A stretch of 60,183 nt of DNA, counting the filler, from Dugesia japonica (taxonomy: Eukaryota): NCBI GenBank assembly GCA_001938525.1. It is 6 parts of 6 records of this genome, joined end to end, with 100 filler letters (N's around TTAATTAATTAA, not from the genome) between each part and the next. Parts side by side here need not be neighbours in the genome. Positions count along the whole stretch, not along the records: positions 11,362 to 23,343 come from MQRL01499023.1; positions 23,444 to 31,772 come from MQRL01626740.1; 4 more parts are not named here. One strand, written 5' to 3'. A program made the position numbers and the translations under genes. Positions within the stretch are counted from its first letter, which is position 1; every line of letters begins with the position of its first letter. Under the pieces are notes generated by a model. It was not told the origin of the DNA and searched no databases. It saw only the letters and a program-made list of their open reading frames with translations. Shown in pieces: positions 11,362-24,559 of the stretch.

Positions 11362-14242
11362 TACCATAAATTGCAAGGCAGACCAAGTGTTACGGTATCA
11401 ATTCAAGGAAGAAAAGTAGAATGTCTATTAGATACAGGAGCTCGAATTAACGTGATGAGTTTTTTTTGTTTTAATAAACTACGAGAAGTAAATTTAGAAA
11501 TGAGTGATGAAAGATTGCGTTGTGCAAATAATAGTACACTTGAAATTTGTTGGAAAAGTTAAAATTGGAGTGATAATTGATGAAGTTTGCATAGAGATTA
11601 CCTTCTTAGTTGCTGAAAGAGTAACACCAGATCTGATAGGAGGAATAGATATGCAGAAGATTTTTGGATACCAGCTTNNNNNNNNNNNNNNNNNNNNNNN
11701 NNNNNNNNNNNNNNNNNNNNNCATTTGCAATATTGAAGCAAATTTTGGAAGACAAATTAAAAAAGGAGAGCGATTGACAAGAGCTTTAAATATTTGTAAG
11801 ATTAAAGATGATCAACGGTTAATGAAAAGAATTGAAAGTAAAGAAGATGTTTTTTTGGCAGATAAATGGGATACAGGACGCACACATCTGACAAGACACA
11901 AAATAATCACAAGTGGTGAACCAATCAATGTAAAACCGTATAGACAACCAATGAACTTAGAATCTAAAATTGAAGAAGCTATCCAAAACCTTTGCGAAAA
12001 TATTATTATCAGGAAATGCAACTTACCATGGAATACCCCANTGATATGTGTTTGGAAAAAGGAAAAGAAAGACATAAGAATATGCTTAGATTTTAGACAA
12101 TTGAATGCAGTAACGAAAAGACAAGCTTTTTGCATGCCTAATGTCGATGAAATGCTGGACAAGTTAGATGGAGCCAAAAGTTTTAGTTCAATAGATTTAG
12201 GAAATGCATACTATCAGGTAGAGCTCGAAGAAGAATTATAGAAAAAACGGCGTTTTCAAAGAAGCGCGGGCAATATTGTTTTAATAGAATTCCATTTGGC
12301 TTTGCAGCGGCACCAGGGACATTTCAAGAGATGATGACAAAAGTGGTAGGCGGAATCAATGGATCCATGGTTTATCTTGATGATATACTGATATTTACGA
12401 ACAATAAAAATCAACACTATGAAGTTATTGAAAGAGTATTGACGGAACTAATGAAGGCTGGTCTAAGAATTAATCCGGAAAAATGTCAGTTTCTTCAAAG
12501 TGAAATCAAGTTTCTTGGACACATAATTAGCAGGGATGGTGTTAGAACTGATCCGTCTAAAATAAGAACATTTGGCAAACCTAACTGTGTGAAGAAGTTA
12601 CGAAGTTTCTTGGGAATTTGGAATTATTACAGGAAATTTAAAGAAAACTACTCAAGAAAATCAAAGATATTAGAACAGTTGTGTAGCGGACCAAGCAGCA
12701 AGAAATTAGAATGGACAGATGAAATAAACGATACTTTTGAGGGTCTAAAAAAATCTTTAATGACTGCACCAATATTGTGTTTTCCGGACATAAACAAAGA
12801 ATTTATATTAGATACAGATTCCAGTTTTGATACGATTTGAACAGTATTGTCACAGAGAGATAAAGAAGGAAGATAAAGAGTCGTTTCCTATGGATCACAC
12901 TCAATGACAAGTCATGAAAAGGGATACTGCATTACACGAAAGGAGTTATTGGCTGTTTATTATTTTTGTATGCATTTTAAACATTACTTGTATGGTAGAA
13001 GATTTACTCTAAGAACAGATCAGAAAGCTCTAACCTTCATGATGACGACGAAGAAACCAATTACGTCGGAATTCTAGACATGGATTAATTATCTGACCAG
13101 TTTAGATATGATTTTGGAATATAGAAAAGGAATTCAACATGCTAATGCAGATGTCAAATGTCACATGAAGATGCCAAGAAAGGGAAGATTAAAACGAGAA
13201 TACTGAATATAATTGAAAAAGAAAAAGAAGATCATTTAAATATTTCTCAGGAAACAGATTTAATCAAGAAAATGAAACTTCCGGATGACAAAGTACGTGA
13301 AACAATAGAAGAAATACATAAATTATTATGTCATGCAGGANNNNNNNNNNNNNNNNNNNNNNNNNNAAACAAATATATTGCAAAGAATTTGTGCAGCCAA
13401 ATACAGAAGATAGTTCGAAGTTGTGAAATTTGTCAGAAGACCAACGTAGTGATAACACCAACTAATGAGAAGACAAAGAGTATAGAAGCTACCAATTTAT
13501 TTGAAGTGATTTTCACAGATATATGTGGGCCAATGCGAGAAACAAGTGACGGAAAAAATACACTCTTGGAATAATCTACCAGTACAGTAAATATATGGTT
13601 CTTATAGAATTGCCAAGACAAGACGAGGAAACAATACGAAAAGCTATTTTTGAAAAGTGAATATTGAGATTTGGATGTCCAAGAGAGATAAGATTAGATT
13701 GTTGGAAAGCGTTTGAATCCGGAGTTATGAGAGAGTTTGTACATAAGCTAGACATTAAACTTTGCTTTTCGAGTCCCTATCATCATAATGCAAACGGACA
13801 AATTGAAAAACAGTTCAGAACAATTCAAGATTTAATTAATGAAACACTTCAGGAAAGAAAGTCAACAGATTGGGCAGATCTTTTACCGGAAAGAGAATTT
13901 ACAATGAACGCAACCAAACAGAAGACGACTAGAAAGAGCCCGGCTGAGATTTTATTTGGAAAGACAATTAGCAGAGAAAAGTGGTATGAGTCAGACGTTT
14001 CAGATAGAACTAAAGAAAATACTTCAGACGTGGTTACAAAAAGAGAATTCAAAGTGGGCGATATCGTATCCATCAAGGTAGAAACAAGAAATAAAAGCCA
14101 AGACAGGTTTGAAGGACCCTATCAAATAATTGAGAAAATTCATGAAAGGCGGTATGCGGTACAAGGAGAAAATGGACAGCGATTAGAAAGAAATGTAGAA
14201 AAACTCAGAAAGTTTCTTAAGAAGGGGGATATGAGGAAATAA
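11362..14242 (+). mobile_element. Ty3/gypsy pol pseudogene (PR-RT-RNaseH-IN)
   Basis: LLDTGA protease; PWNTP, DFRQLN, YLDD RT; DTDSSFDTI RNase H; HAG/CEIC and TDICGP integrase; FEGPY motif; multiple stops and frameshifts. Confidence 0.95.
14219..14229 (+). other. Polypurine tract, marking the probable start of the 3' LTR at ~14230
   Basis: AAGAAGGGGGA at the end of the integrase frame, followed by T(A)TGAGG. Confidence 0.65.
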
Positions 14243-14361
14243 TTATTATTTAATAATTTTGAGCCAATAGAAATTGAGTTAAGGCTGGTCAAAGATTTTT
14301 AAAATACTATTCAATAATCATTTCTAATATTAAGATATAGTTTATAGTAGTAAAATAAAAA

Positions 14362-15985
14362 ATGTCTAACAAAATGAATTCAGATTTGCAAAATGAATTA
14401 ACAATTGAAGATTTACCTAACATAAATAAAAATCAGTTCAGATATTATCTGTGTTATTATTTTAATCGCTCAATATTGGTTGGAAATATCTTTCATTCTC
14501 AGTGATAATATCTTATGAATGCCTATTTATATTTCAGTGGAGAATCGATAAGAACAAGTCTGGGATCGCCAGACCCGGCGAGTGGTTTTTGAGGTGCTAC
14601 AAAAACCCCTACAATAGAGACGCCGGCGTACTAACAGACCGTTCCGATCTGCCTGTAATAGAAGTGGTAGTTGAAAGGATATGAGATTTCGGAGAACGTC
14701 AGAACGTTTATTCTTGGGACGGTCCCCTACGGAGTATAGTGACCCAATTTTCATATAGAGTTCCGGTAGCTCCCCCTGGTGTAAGAGCATGTATTAATTA
14801 TTTACTCTGGAGTGTCAGGGACCCGCAAACCTTAAAAACTCAGAAAATTCTGAAAACGTGGAGAACGGTGAAAATTAATTTGGTTTTGATGTTATGTTTA
14901 TAATAAATGTATTAATTCGTAACCTGTCTATGATTTCTTTCTTTACGTAAGGATATCATTTTCTTATCGGCCCTATTCTTGTTTGTTTTAACCACAGATT
15001 CTATTATCAATTGTTATGTCTTTTAAGCCACTTCCAAATTCCAAATTGTTAGGCAGTGAGTTTTTGGCAGTTGTTTTCATCATTCATTAGAATTTAATTT
15101 GTTTACAGTAACCGTTGATCTATCAAACATTTTTCATTTATTCGGTGCATTCCTCACTTAACCGATCAGTCACGCCTACTAAGAAATATCGTGAAGGTAG
15201 TGAGGATCTCGAAATGACGTGGGGCCTATATCGTTTAGCAAAACGAAAATGGGAGGCCAACACTGCTCCCGCAGGTGCCAAGGTAAAACGATTTAAGAAC
15301 AAATGTCGGGAATATCGTCTCGAGGCCGAGTCATCCCACGCTCAACAGAGATCATGAAAGAAACAGTTAGAGGCCTTTGCCGGAATTATTCACGACCTTC
15401 GCGAAAGAGAAAGTAAGCTGGTGAATGATGTCGTAGATCTACGAAAGCCTATTCCCGTCGAACCATTGTATGTTGATAAAGCAACCCAGACATCTCGTTC
15501 CTGAAATCACTTACGACCATATCATTTTTAAATAAATTATGTTTTCTTTGATTTTCAATAAAATAATTTCCACTTTAGGGTCTGCCTTCAAATCTTAATT
15601 TGATTGTTTTTTGACTGAATTGTTAACTAACCAATAAATATGTATTTCGGTTCAGTGCCTAGAATTTGCTTACCAACCAGTCTCTGCAAATGTCACAAAT
15701 TGATCCAAAAACTTTTATTAGAACGTCAATTGACTAAGTAGAATGAACGCTCCTTGTTACGACATCTCACCCAACGGAATAGATTGATAAAAATATTGGA
15801 TATCATAGTTAAGAAACAGGATGAACTGGCTTAATCACACGCGGCAAATACTCGTGAATAAAATCGACTTTTCACAAAGATATATCGCGGATCTCTCCAC
15901 TCGCCTATAACTGGAAACTTGGTAAGGTGGAATATTTTTTGAATGGTGAGCCAGCCCAGTGGCTTGACCCTGAGGCAATAAATTT
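14362..15985 (+). pseudogene. Three-unit accessory gene cassette of unknown function downstream of the gypsy PPT (copy A)
   Basis: ATG exon 14362-14478 plus 59-nt GT-AG intron joins in frame to 14538; units at ~15109-15504 and 15656-~15975; all three are homologous to 59063-60129. Confidence 0.7.
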
Positions 15986-16297
15986 TATGTAAAATTAATT
16001 ATTTATACGGAATAATTTGTCTTATTAATTTCACTAATAGTAACTCGAGTCGGTTTTACTTAAAAGGGGAGTGTTGAACCAGAACTAAAGGTGCACAGGT
16101 GTGAACTGCAAAAAAGTGATGGGAGTCAACCGCTTCGCACCGAGAGCCTAACTAGGAACGTTCTAAGAGGGGTCCCGTGAGGGCTGTTTTTTCCCCCAGC
16201 TATATTTTTCTAACGCCAACTCAGGTGGTACCCCAACAGAAGTGAGACCAAAATAGGATAAACAATTAAAGAAAGTTTTACGATTAAAATATAAATA

Positions 16298-16620
16298 TTA
16301 AAAGTTTATATATTTTCCCGTTGAATGAAAATTCCAAATTTTTGCCGAATTTACTATGTGAGATATTACGCATTTCTTCAAAACGCTTGATACTTTACTT
16401 TTTGGGATACCAATTTCTGAAAGAACATTTTGTGTGGATGGAATTATTTTACCTAATAAACCAAAATTGCAAATCAGCAATTTCACTTTAAATCCTGGTT
16501 TATAATTGTTTCCTTTAAATTATTTTATTTTTTAAGGTTATTATAAGCCTTCTTGAAATTATCTATAAAGTTAATGGGACATTTAATGTCAACTAAATAG
16601 ATAGTTTGATTTTCAACATT
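16298..16620 (-). mobile_element. 3' fragment of REL-endonuclease non-LTR retrotransposon (NeSL/R2-group)
   Basis: VENQTIYLVDIKCPINF...LLICNFGLLGKIIP...SAKIWNFH, homologous to 34371-34690. Confidence 0.8.
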
Positions 16621-16662
16621 AGTAGATGGAATTATTTATATTTTCTGGGAAATATGCAAATA

Positions 16663-17614
16663 AGTAGATGGATAGTATAGCACGGGAACATCTCCCCCTG
16701 AAGGGCAATTTTTTTTGGCCGATTTTTTTGTTTAAATTAGGTGGAATTATTTATTTTGTTTAAATGAAGTAAAATTTTTGATTTTTGTTTAAATTAAGTC
16801 AAAGTAATTATTTTTGTTTAAATTGAGTGAAATAATAAATTTTTTGTTTAAATTAACGCAATTAGTGATTCTTTGTTTAGATTAAATGAAATTAAATAAC
16901 TATTTGTTTAAATTTAATGAAATGAATAATTTTTGAGTTTCTTCATGGAAAAGTTATTGAAAAGCTTATGTTTGCTTAAATTAAAATTAAAATTAAAATT
17001 TAAAAAAATTAGAATTTATCAAATGTGATTTTCTCCCCGACAATATTAACATAAAATATTTTCCCCGAGCAATATTAGTATCAAATTAATCGCTCTAGGC
17101 AATATTAAGATTAGATACTTATCAGACAATGTTAAAAATAATATATAAAAAACAAATGAAAAGACTAATCAAAACATAAAATTTACTGTTGATAAAACAT
17201 GAATAATCAGTCATTATGTACAGTTGTTTAAATCTGGGACTTAATTGTAAATTAGATTTTAATAGTACAAATTAATTAATTAAATAACAAAAAAAATTAC
17301 CTGTAAATGTGCTTCTTTTCATAATAATTAAGTTATATCAATAAGTTAAATCATTAAGTTCAATTATTCATTTGATTAAATTTAAACAAATAATTATTTA
17401 ATTTCGATTAATTTAAACAAAGAATCACTAATTTTGTTAATTTCAATAAAAAATTAATAATTTCACACAATTTAAACAAAAATCAATAATTTTTCTTCAT
17501 TTAAAAAAAATAAATAATTTCACCTTCTTTCAATAAAAAAATCGGGAAAAAATCGTCCGGAAAAAAATTCCCCTTGGGGGGCTGGGTGATCCTGTGCGCT
17601 ACTATCCATCTACT
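16663..17614. mobile_element. Non-autonomous fold-back element with Polinton-type termini
   Basis: AGTAGATGGATAGTA...TACTATCCATCTACT perfect 15-bp ends, long imperfect inverted arms, 6-bp TSD CAAATA (16657-16662 / 17615-17620). Confidence 0.8.
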
Positions 17615-17676
17615 CAAATATAAGTGTATATATTTTAAAACAAAATTTTAAGAGAAAACAATCGAATATTGATTTA

Positions 17677-18025
17677 TGTTAAGAAAAAACAATTGAATAT
17701 CGATTTATTTTGTAAATATTTAATTTTTATGTGTAATGTATGACGATTGGGTGAAAGAGTGTGCATGTAGGATCAGTATAAATACTGATCGGGTTTTATA
17801 ATTTCTCACACAAATTTAATTGAGAGAACTTATCTCTTTGCTTGTCTTCTCTCCTTTAAAATAAACTGAGCGATATAAAGTTTACTTGTAGTATATTTAT
17901 TATACACCAAAAATTATTTATAGAAGTGTGTTTTTGTTTGTTTATTTACTTGAATAAAGGAGATACATAAATCACTTATTTATAATTTTGATTAAAGATA
18001 TCATTATATAATAATTGTATTAACA
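17677..18025 (+). mobile_element. Probable solo LTR
   Basis: TGTTAA...TTAACA, internal TATAAATA and AATAAA; TSD only 3/4 matching. Confidence 0.4.
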
Positions 18026-19049
18026 TATACACAAGAGTAAATTCAACTCCCATAAAATCAACACTTTGTTTTTATATTCTAGTATTAAAATCAGAACCAT
18101 AAATTTTTTGTTGAGTAAAAATACCCAACATACGCGAGTGTAACAAGTGGAAAACGTTCCAGAGAAAGAAGACAAAATATTGAGAGAGATACAAAAAGAA
18201 CAGAACCACAGTGTTTGACACGCCAGAGTTATGGGCATACAAAAAGAGTGTCATAATTATTTCCTCATATACCAATGTAAAACTTATAATACTAAAAATT
18301 AATTATCAAAAACTGAAACTATTTAATAACAGTATATCTCACAAACACCAAATTAAATAAGAAGATATTGAGAGAAGAAGGGCCAATGAAAGAAAAATTA
18401 TATTTTATACACATATTAAAAGCAAATAATTTATCTACAAAAATGAAATGTTTCAGGAAGAATCATAAATGTGTTGGGAGAGTAAAAGAAACAGATTAAC
18501 AAGCTTTATGTTGCTGTCCTAGGATTATGAAATTAGTAATCGCAAGAAATGACAAGATTTCGGATATATTATATGGGAATTTAATGAAGAAAGAAAAATG
18601 TATGAAGATAATACGTGAAGGCGTATCTTCTTTTAAGAAATATATTTTTGTTGATCGTAAAAGTCGATTTGATTTAACTTTAAGCTATGATGGTGCTGAC
18701 CACAAAAATAAAGAAAAATATTGAAATTTATATGGAATATATGAAATTGCGAAAGAAGCAGAAAATCACTAAAGACAACATGGTAATGCTCGCTGTATAC
18801 CTTTATCATTGGAAGCTCTGAGTTATTGTATATCGAAAAAAGGAAATTGTTAAAATGGAGAGGATTTAAGAGTATTTGAGTAGATAAATTTTCATATGAT
18901 TGTGGACTTTCAGCGATAAAGAGCTCTCAAAAATATAGAAAAATTTTAAAACTTGAGCAGAAAAAGATAGGAAATTATAGGGAAATCTTGAAAAAGGAAA
19001 TAGAGAAAAAAAGAAAGAATTAAGTTTATGAATGGCCTGTTTAGTTTTA

Positions 19050-19920
19050 ATCGGCAGAGAAGAACGGCACTCAACCGATCTGTTTGAAATTCCCTCTGAC
19101 CTGAGTAATATGTTGAACAAAATTTGTATTATATCTTAGAAGTACTGCTATTCTTTTCGACAACTTGAAATGTGTTACTAAAATATCCGATTGCTCGTTT
19201 TTGTATCTTTTTAACTAATAGATAGTGCTCTTTGCATAACTATTTGCTTCTTTATCTAGTATAAAAAGTTTTGAAAAACTAGTTGTACTAGTATGGGTGC
19301 TGCCATTAGTTCTTCTTGTGTTATCTCGAAAGTTTTTTATGTTCTTCTGCTCACACTGATTTTGTCTTATTTCACTAGTGATTGTATCGGTTTCACTTTG
19401 ATTGCGAATCCTTTGATAAACAACACTTTCTACAATAATTTTCCATAACCCAGAAATACTTGTATATCATATTTTTTGGTATTAGTAACTTCTTTATCTT
19501 TTCAATATTTGCTGGATTAAGTTGCTTAATTTATATGATATTCGGTTTATCATTTAATTTTTGGTTAATCATATGTGACGGTTGTCGAAAAAATTAATAA
19601 ATCCTGTATGTAAACTATACTATATAGTATGCTATGAATTACAAAATTCATTGTCTTTTAAAATGATACTCGTGCGTCCATCAATCTGAATGGCATTTAA
19701 ATTAACTCGTATAAGTCTTTACTATCGAAAAACGCAGTTTTATCTTAATGTGTTTCTTCAATTTTAATTTGCTAATAACCACTTTTTAAACCAAATGTCG
19801 TAAAGACTTCCACATTATGTAGCAACATTAACATCTCCCTGATATCTAGTAAATGAGACACATCTTTCTTTGTTTCCGCTTTTAATTGACAGTAATTGAT
19901 ACAAATAAGTTTTTCTTTTT
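19050..19920 (-). mobile_element. Highly decayed gypsy RT/RNase H
   Basis: YELI*MPFRLMDA, QVFLGYGKL and LMAAPIL-like fragments on the minus strand. Confidence 0.6.
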
Positions 19921-22339
19921 TAAAAACAAGAGGATTTCATTGATAAATGGATGAATATATTGACAAGGATCAACTCAATAAAATTCGCTAGAGGCGGAGT
20001 TAAAGCAAAATGTAACAACAACAATGACTGCGATGGAATTTGATGGGAGCTTGTTAACAAGACTCATTGGTAGAGTAATGGTAATAATATCAATGATCAT
20101 ATTGATGATAGTAACAATATTATTAATAAAGGAAAACGAGGACAGTACACGAAATTGAGAATTCAGGTGGATTATATAAAAATGACTTTAAATATTTTCA
20201 TTCGCTAAAGATAATGATAAGGTCAAGATTTCACGAGAGGAGAACTGGCCAGTACATGAAGGAAAGAGTGAAATGAGAGATAAAGTTTACATAGTTAAAA
20301 CTCAATATATATTAGTAGAAAAAAATTGCTTTGAACAATGTATTAGTTATTAAAAGTGTATGCTATTAAAAAAAATTATTGGAATCAAACCTGAATAGTT
20401 GAGTAGAGTAAAATAGTAAAGAATTAATGGAAATGTAGAGAAATAAAAATTTGATCATAAATTATGTTAATTGAATGAAAATAATAAAAATTGTATTTTA
20501 TTAGAAAATGGATCCAGAATAGCAAATCAATATAGAGAATAGATTATACGAAAAATGAGTCTTTCTTTCTAAGTCAATCAGAATTGAAAGAAGTACTGAT
20601 TTCCACAGCCGGACAAAGCCATCTGTTTTGGTCGTTTTGTAAAAAAGATCATTATTTGTGATTGGAGAAACTTTGAAGATATTTTGCACTTCGAAAAAGT
20701 TCCGAAAGCTCGTGCTATCGATTCTGAAATCTACTGTACCAGTGTCACTTTGTCGTGTTTACGATAAAGTAGTGAGAAGTATCATACTTTAGTCCGTTCA
20801 AAACTGCCTTCTTTCACGAATACAGCTTTAAGCTACACATAGTCAAGAATACTAAAGAAGAACTTGAAATTTTAGACATTGTCGAATTTATTACACAGAT
20901 GATACAGCTTAGACGTTGCGCCATCTTTTCAGATCTATGCAATTCTCCTTTGTCGTCCATTTGAATCAACATTTCTTTCAGATGTCGGATTGGTAGTTTA
21001 AACAGATTCAAAACCTTGCAGACCGATGGCAGAAAGTGGTCAATAATGATGAACTGTACTTTGAATATTTATTGTTTTAAAAATCAATAAAATATTCTTT
21101 TTGTATTTTTTCACAGAGGTAACAGATCTTTTGGTACAAACTAATATTTCTATTATAATGAATGAATATCCCATTTTAAATCCTTTGTAATATCGTTATT
21201 ATCCTCATCTCTTAAACCAATTAATACCATTTCTAGTATTTTAATAATGATACTAATGCGGCAATTATTAACCAACAGGTCACTATATGTTATTCTAATC
21301 AATTGTTTCGTATTAAGCCAATTTCCATTGATACTAAAATTAGCATTAGTATTGTTTTTATTGATATAAGGTTTTACAATTATTATTCCTATAACTGTTG
21401 TCATTATCTTTGGATAATAATGTTTTGATCTATCATTAGTGTCGGCATTACTGTAAAATACAGTAAGTAAAGATCATTTAAGAAAAGTAAGTAAATTGTA
21501 CTGAAATTTTCAGTTTTAAAGTGTTAACCGTCTTATATTCAGTAATATCTAAATGACAAATCCAAAAAATCCAAGCCAGAACTAGTAAGACACATTGTGT
21601 CACACACTGTTAACAGAAGGATGGTAATTGAACATCATATCAGCAAATTGAATGCCGAATTTGCGGGATTCGTTTGGGCTTGAAGGAATGGATGTCGACT
21701 CATTGTGCATCTATTAGTTCACATTGCATGAACTGGAGAAACAGGTTGAACGACAGAAGCAAGAATTTGGTATGAAAACAAAGCCACGAGTAGAAAACAT
21801 GACAACGAACTAGCAGGACTACTATACCGCATTTAATGACACCTTCAGCAGCAGTAGCCCTTCTTAAACGGTTAGAAAGTGACCTTGGGTCAAACGAAGG
21901 AGTACGAGAAACAGGCTCTTAATTTAAGTGAAGTCACTGATATTGATGTTTACGAGCAGTAAATCTTATGATCTTATACTTATTCTATGTATTCAAGTGT
22001 ATTCTCTTTTCTGTAAGGATATTAAAACTTTTAACCTTATCATTTTACTGACGATTTTCGCGTTTTTTTGTAACTACTAAATTTTAAGTGAATGCGAGAT
22101 GAAATTAGTAATCTAACAAACACATCAACTCATACAAATATTTTGTAAAACAAATTTCGTCATTTAAAATTTTTTTCAAGTGCAAAGATCAAAACGATGT
22201 TCTTCTATTTTCATAGATGATTCATTATTTCGGCTATACCTTCACCAGGAACTCTTGCTAATCAAACCATCATAAAAACCAATATTGCATTAGATAAATT
22301 TGGATTTTATTATTAATATAATTGTTTCCCAACTATATT

Positions 22340-23050
22340 AATTACTAATGTTTCCATTTAGTATGTCTACGAAAAATGGTGAGCCAATTAACATCGAATT
22401 GTTAGAAGAATAGAATAAGTGGAGAACCGATAAAAAGAACATGCTAAAAATTTATTGTGAAGTACATATAATTCAAGCTTACGGACATGCGAGAGGTTAA
22501 GTGTCAACTGCAGTTGCAAGATAGCACTCACGCAAATCAATCAGGTTTAGTAAAAAAAAACCCGTATATTCCAGTATGATCCTGATACCAAAATACAGTC
22601 AATGTACAGAAAAACACCGTCATCGCCAAGAGTGAAAAAACTTGTCAAAGCAATGCTGATTGTGTTTATAGACATAAAGGGTGTCATTTTGCAAGAATGG
22701 GTTCCTTAAGGCACAACAGTTAACTAGCATTATTATGAAGATGTTTTGATAAACCTGAAAGAAAGAGTCAGAAAGAAACTGCCACAGCTGTTGGAAAATG
22801 GTTTCATTCTTCAACCGGACAATGCTGCTACATAGCCCTTTTATTCTCAGACAAGCACATTACTACACTTGAACATCTACCTGATTTATTTTCCCCCAAA
22901 AGTTACAATTGTGTTTAAAGGAACACGTTTTGTAAAAAAAAACGCCGGATGAGTTGGCAGAAATAGGTTTAATCTTGACATTCGACTAGTGGAAAACAAG
23001 AATGCAGCGATGTGTTAGTGCAAATGGGGATTATATTGAACGGAACAAAC
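22340..23050 (+). mobile_element. Decayed mariner transposase (different family from 2025-3308)
   Basis: KAMLIVFIDIKGVILQEWVP*GTTVN*HYY...RVRKKLPQL...ILQPDNAA; WKTRMQRCVSANGDYIE. Confidence 0.85.
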
Positions 23051-24559
23051 ATGAATTATTTAATAGATATACCTCGTATATACGTATTATTATTTAAATT
23101 AAATACACAAAGTGCGCCTGATAATAATTTATTCAACTGTTTCAACTTCAATGCCAAATTACAATTCCTCACTGTCAATTGACAGCACAATCAATCACTA
23201 AATTGAGGCATAGAAAAATCGTTCATTTTACTCTCTCGTGCACTGAGTTACCAGATTATTAGTGAATGGTAAAATTTACTACATTATCATTATAATTATT
23301 ATTAATTTTATTATTATCATTATTAATTTTATTATTATTATCANNNNNNNNNNNNNNNNNNNNNNNNNNNNNNNNNNNNNNNNNNNNTTAATTAATTAAN
23401 NNNNNNNNNNNNNNNNNNNNNNNNNNNNNNNNNNNNNNNNNNNTCTATTTTAAATTTGTTTCATAATTAATAGTTTTCTTTCGGTGACCTTTATGCAACC
23501 AAGAAGATCCTAATTAAGTTTTATAATTTAAAGTTTAAATCTTTCGTGACATCAACGAAATCAAGGAATTTATCATCAATTAACACGTTATTAATTTTAA
23601 TTTATCAAGAATGTGATTTTTATCAATTAACAAAAAAATGTAAAACGTCAATAAATTTCTACTCAAATTTTCAATCTTATGTTTAATTAAATTGGTAGAC
23701 CTTCCAGAGCATTAAAGGCTTTGAGTTTTCTTTCCTTATGTGACTTGGAGTTGTTCGTGGTCTTTGATAAGTAAAATTTATTTGATGGCATCTGAAAGGA
23801 TACCATAACACCATTTAAAGTAAAGCCAGAATTTAAGTTACGTATCATTTGTATAAAGCGCGTAATAAAATGATAAAAAAAATTTTATAGAGAAAATGTC
23901 TTTCAATTAACAAAAATAAGGATAAATCACAATGTTTCCGTTTAAAATTATTATTATGCAGAGTATTATTTAGTCTATTGTTAATGATTTTCATCGAAGA
24001 CAATTTAATATTGATTTTTATATATTGTTTGCTATCATTTTCAGTTTATGTATCTATCTAATTTTTCTCAATTGTATATATTTGTGGTTTAATCACATCT
24101 TTTAATTTCTATAATTTATTATCAGTTATCCAATAACATACGCATTTCATGATTTTCATTGTGTAATTGAATTATCATTAATGCCTGGAAAAATTTACAT
24201 AATAAATTCACTTCAATTTTCAATTGTAATAATATGAGAAAAATATAAAATAAAATATAAAAATTGTTTTCCGAAGAATTGTTAAAATTTTAACCCTTAA
24301 GAAATCAACAAATCATTAATCTAGTCGACATTATCAAACAAGGGGTCTTTTTTCTTATCGATCTCTAACGTAAGGACATGAAAGACGATCGGGACATACA
24401 TCAATCAAAAATCGACAAAGGTAAAAGTTGCATCAGTAGTAATCGATATCATGAAATTGAAATATATATTTATTATTTACACTTAATATTTAAACAAATC
24501 AAGGTCAAAACAATTTCGAACTTGTTTGTCTCTTCCACATTTTTAGCACCTTTTCAGCT

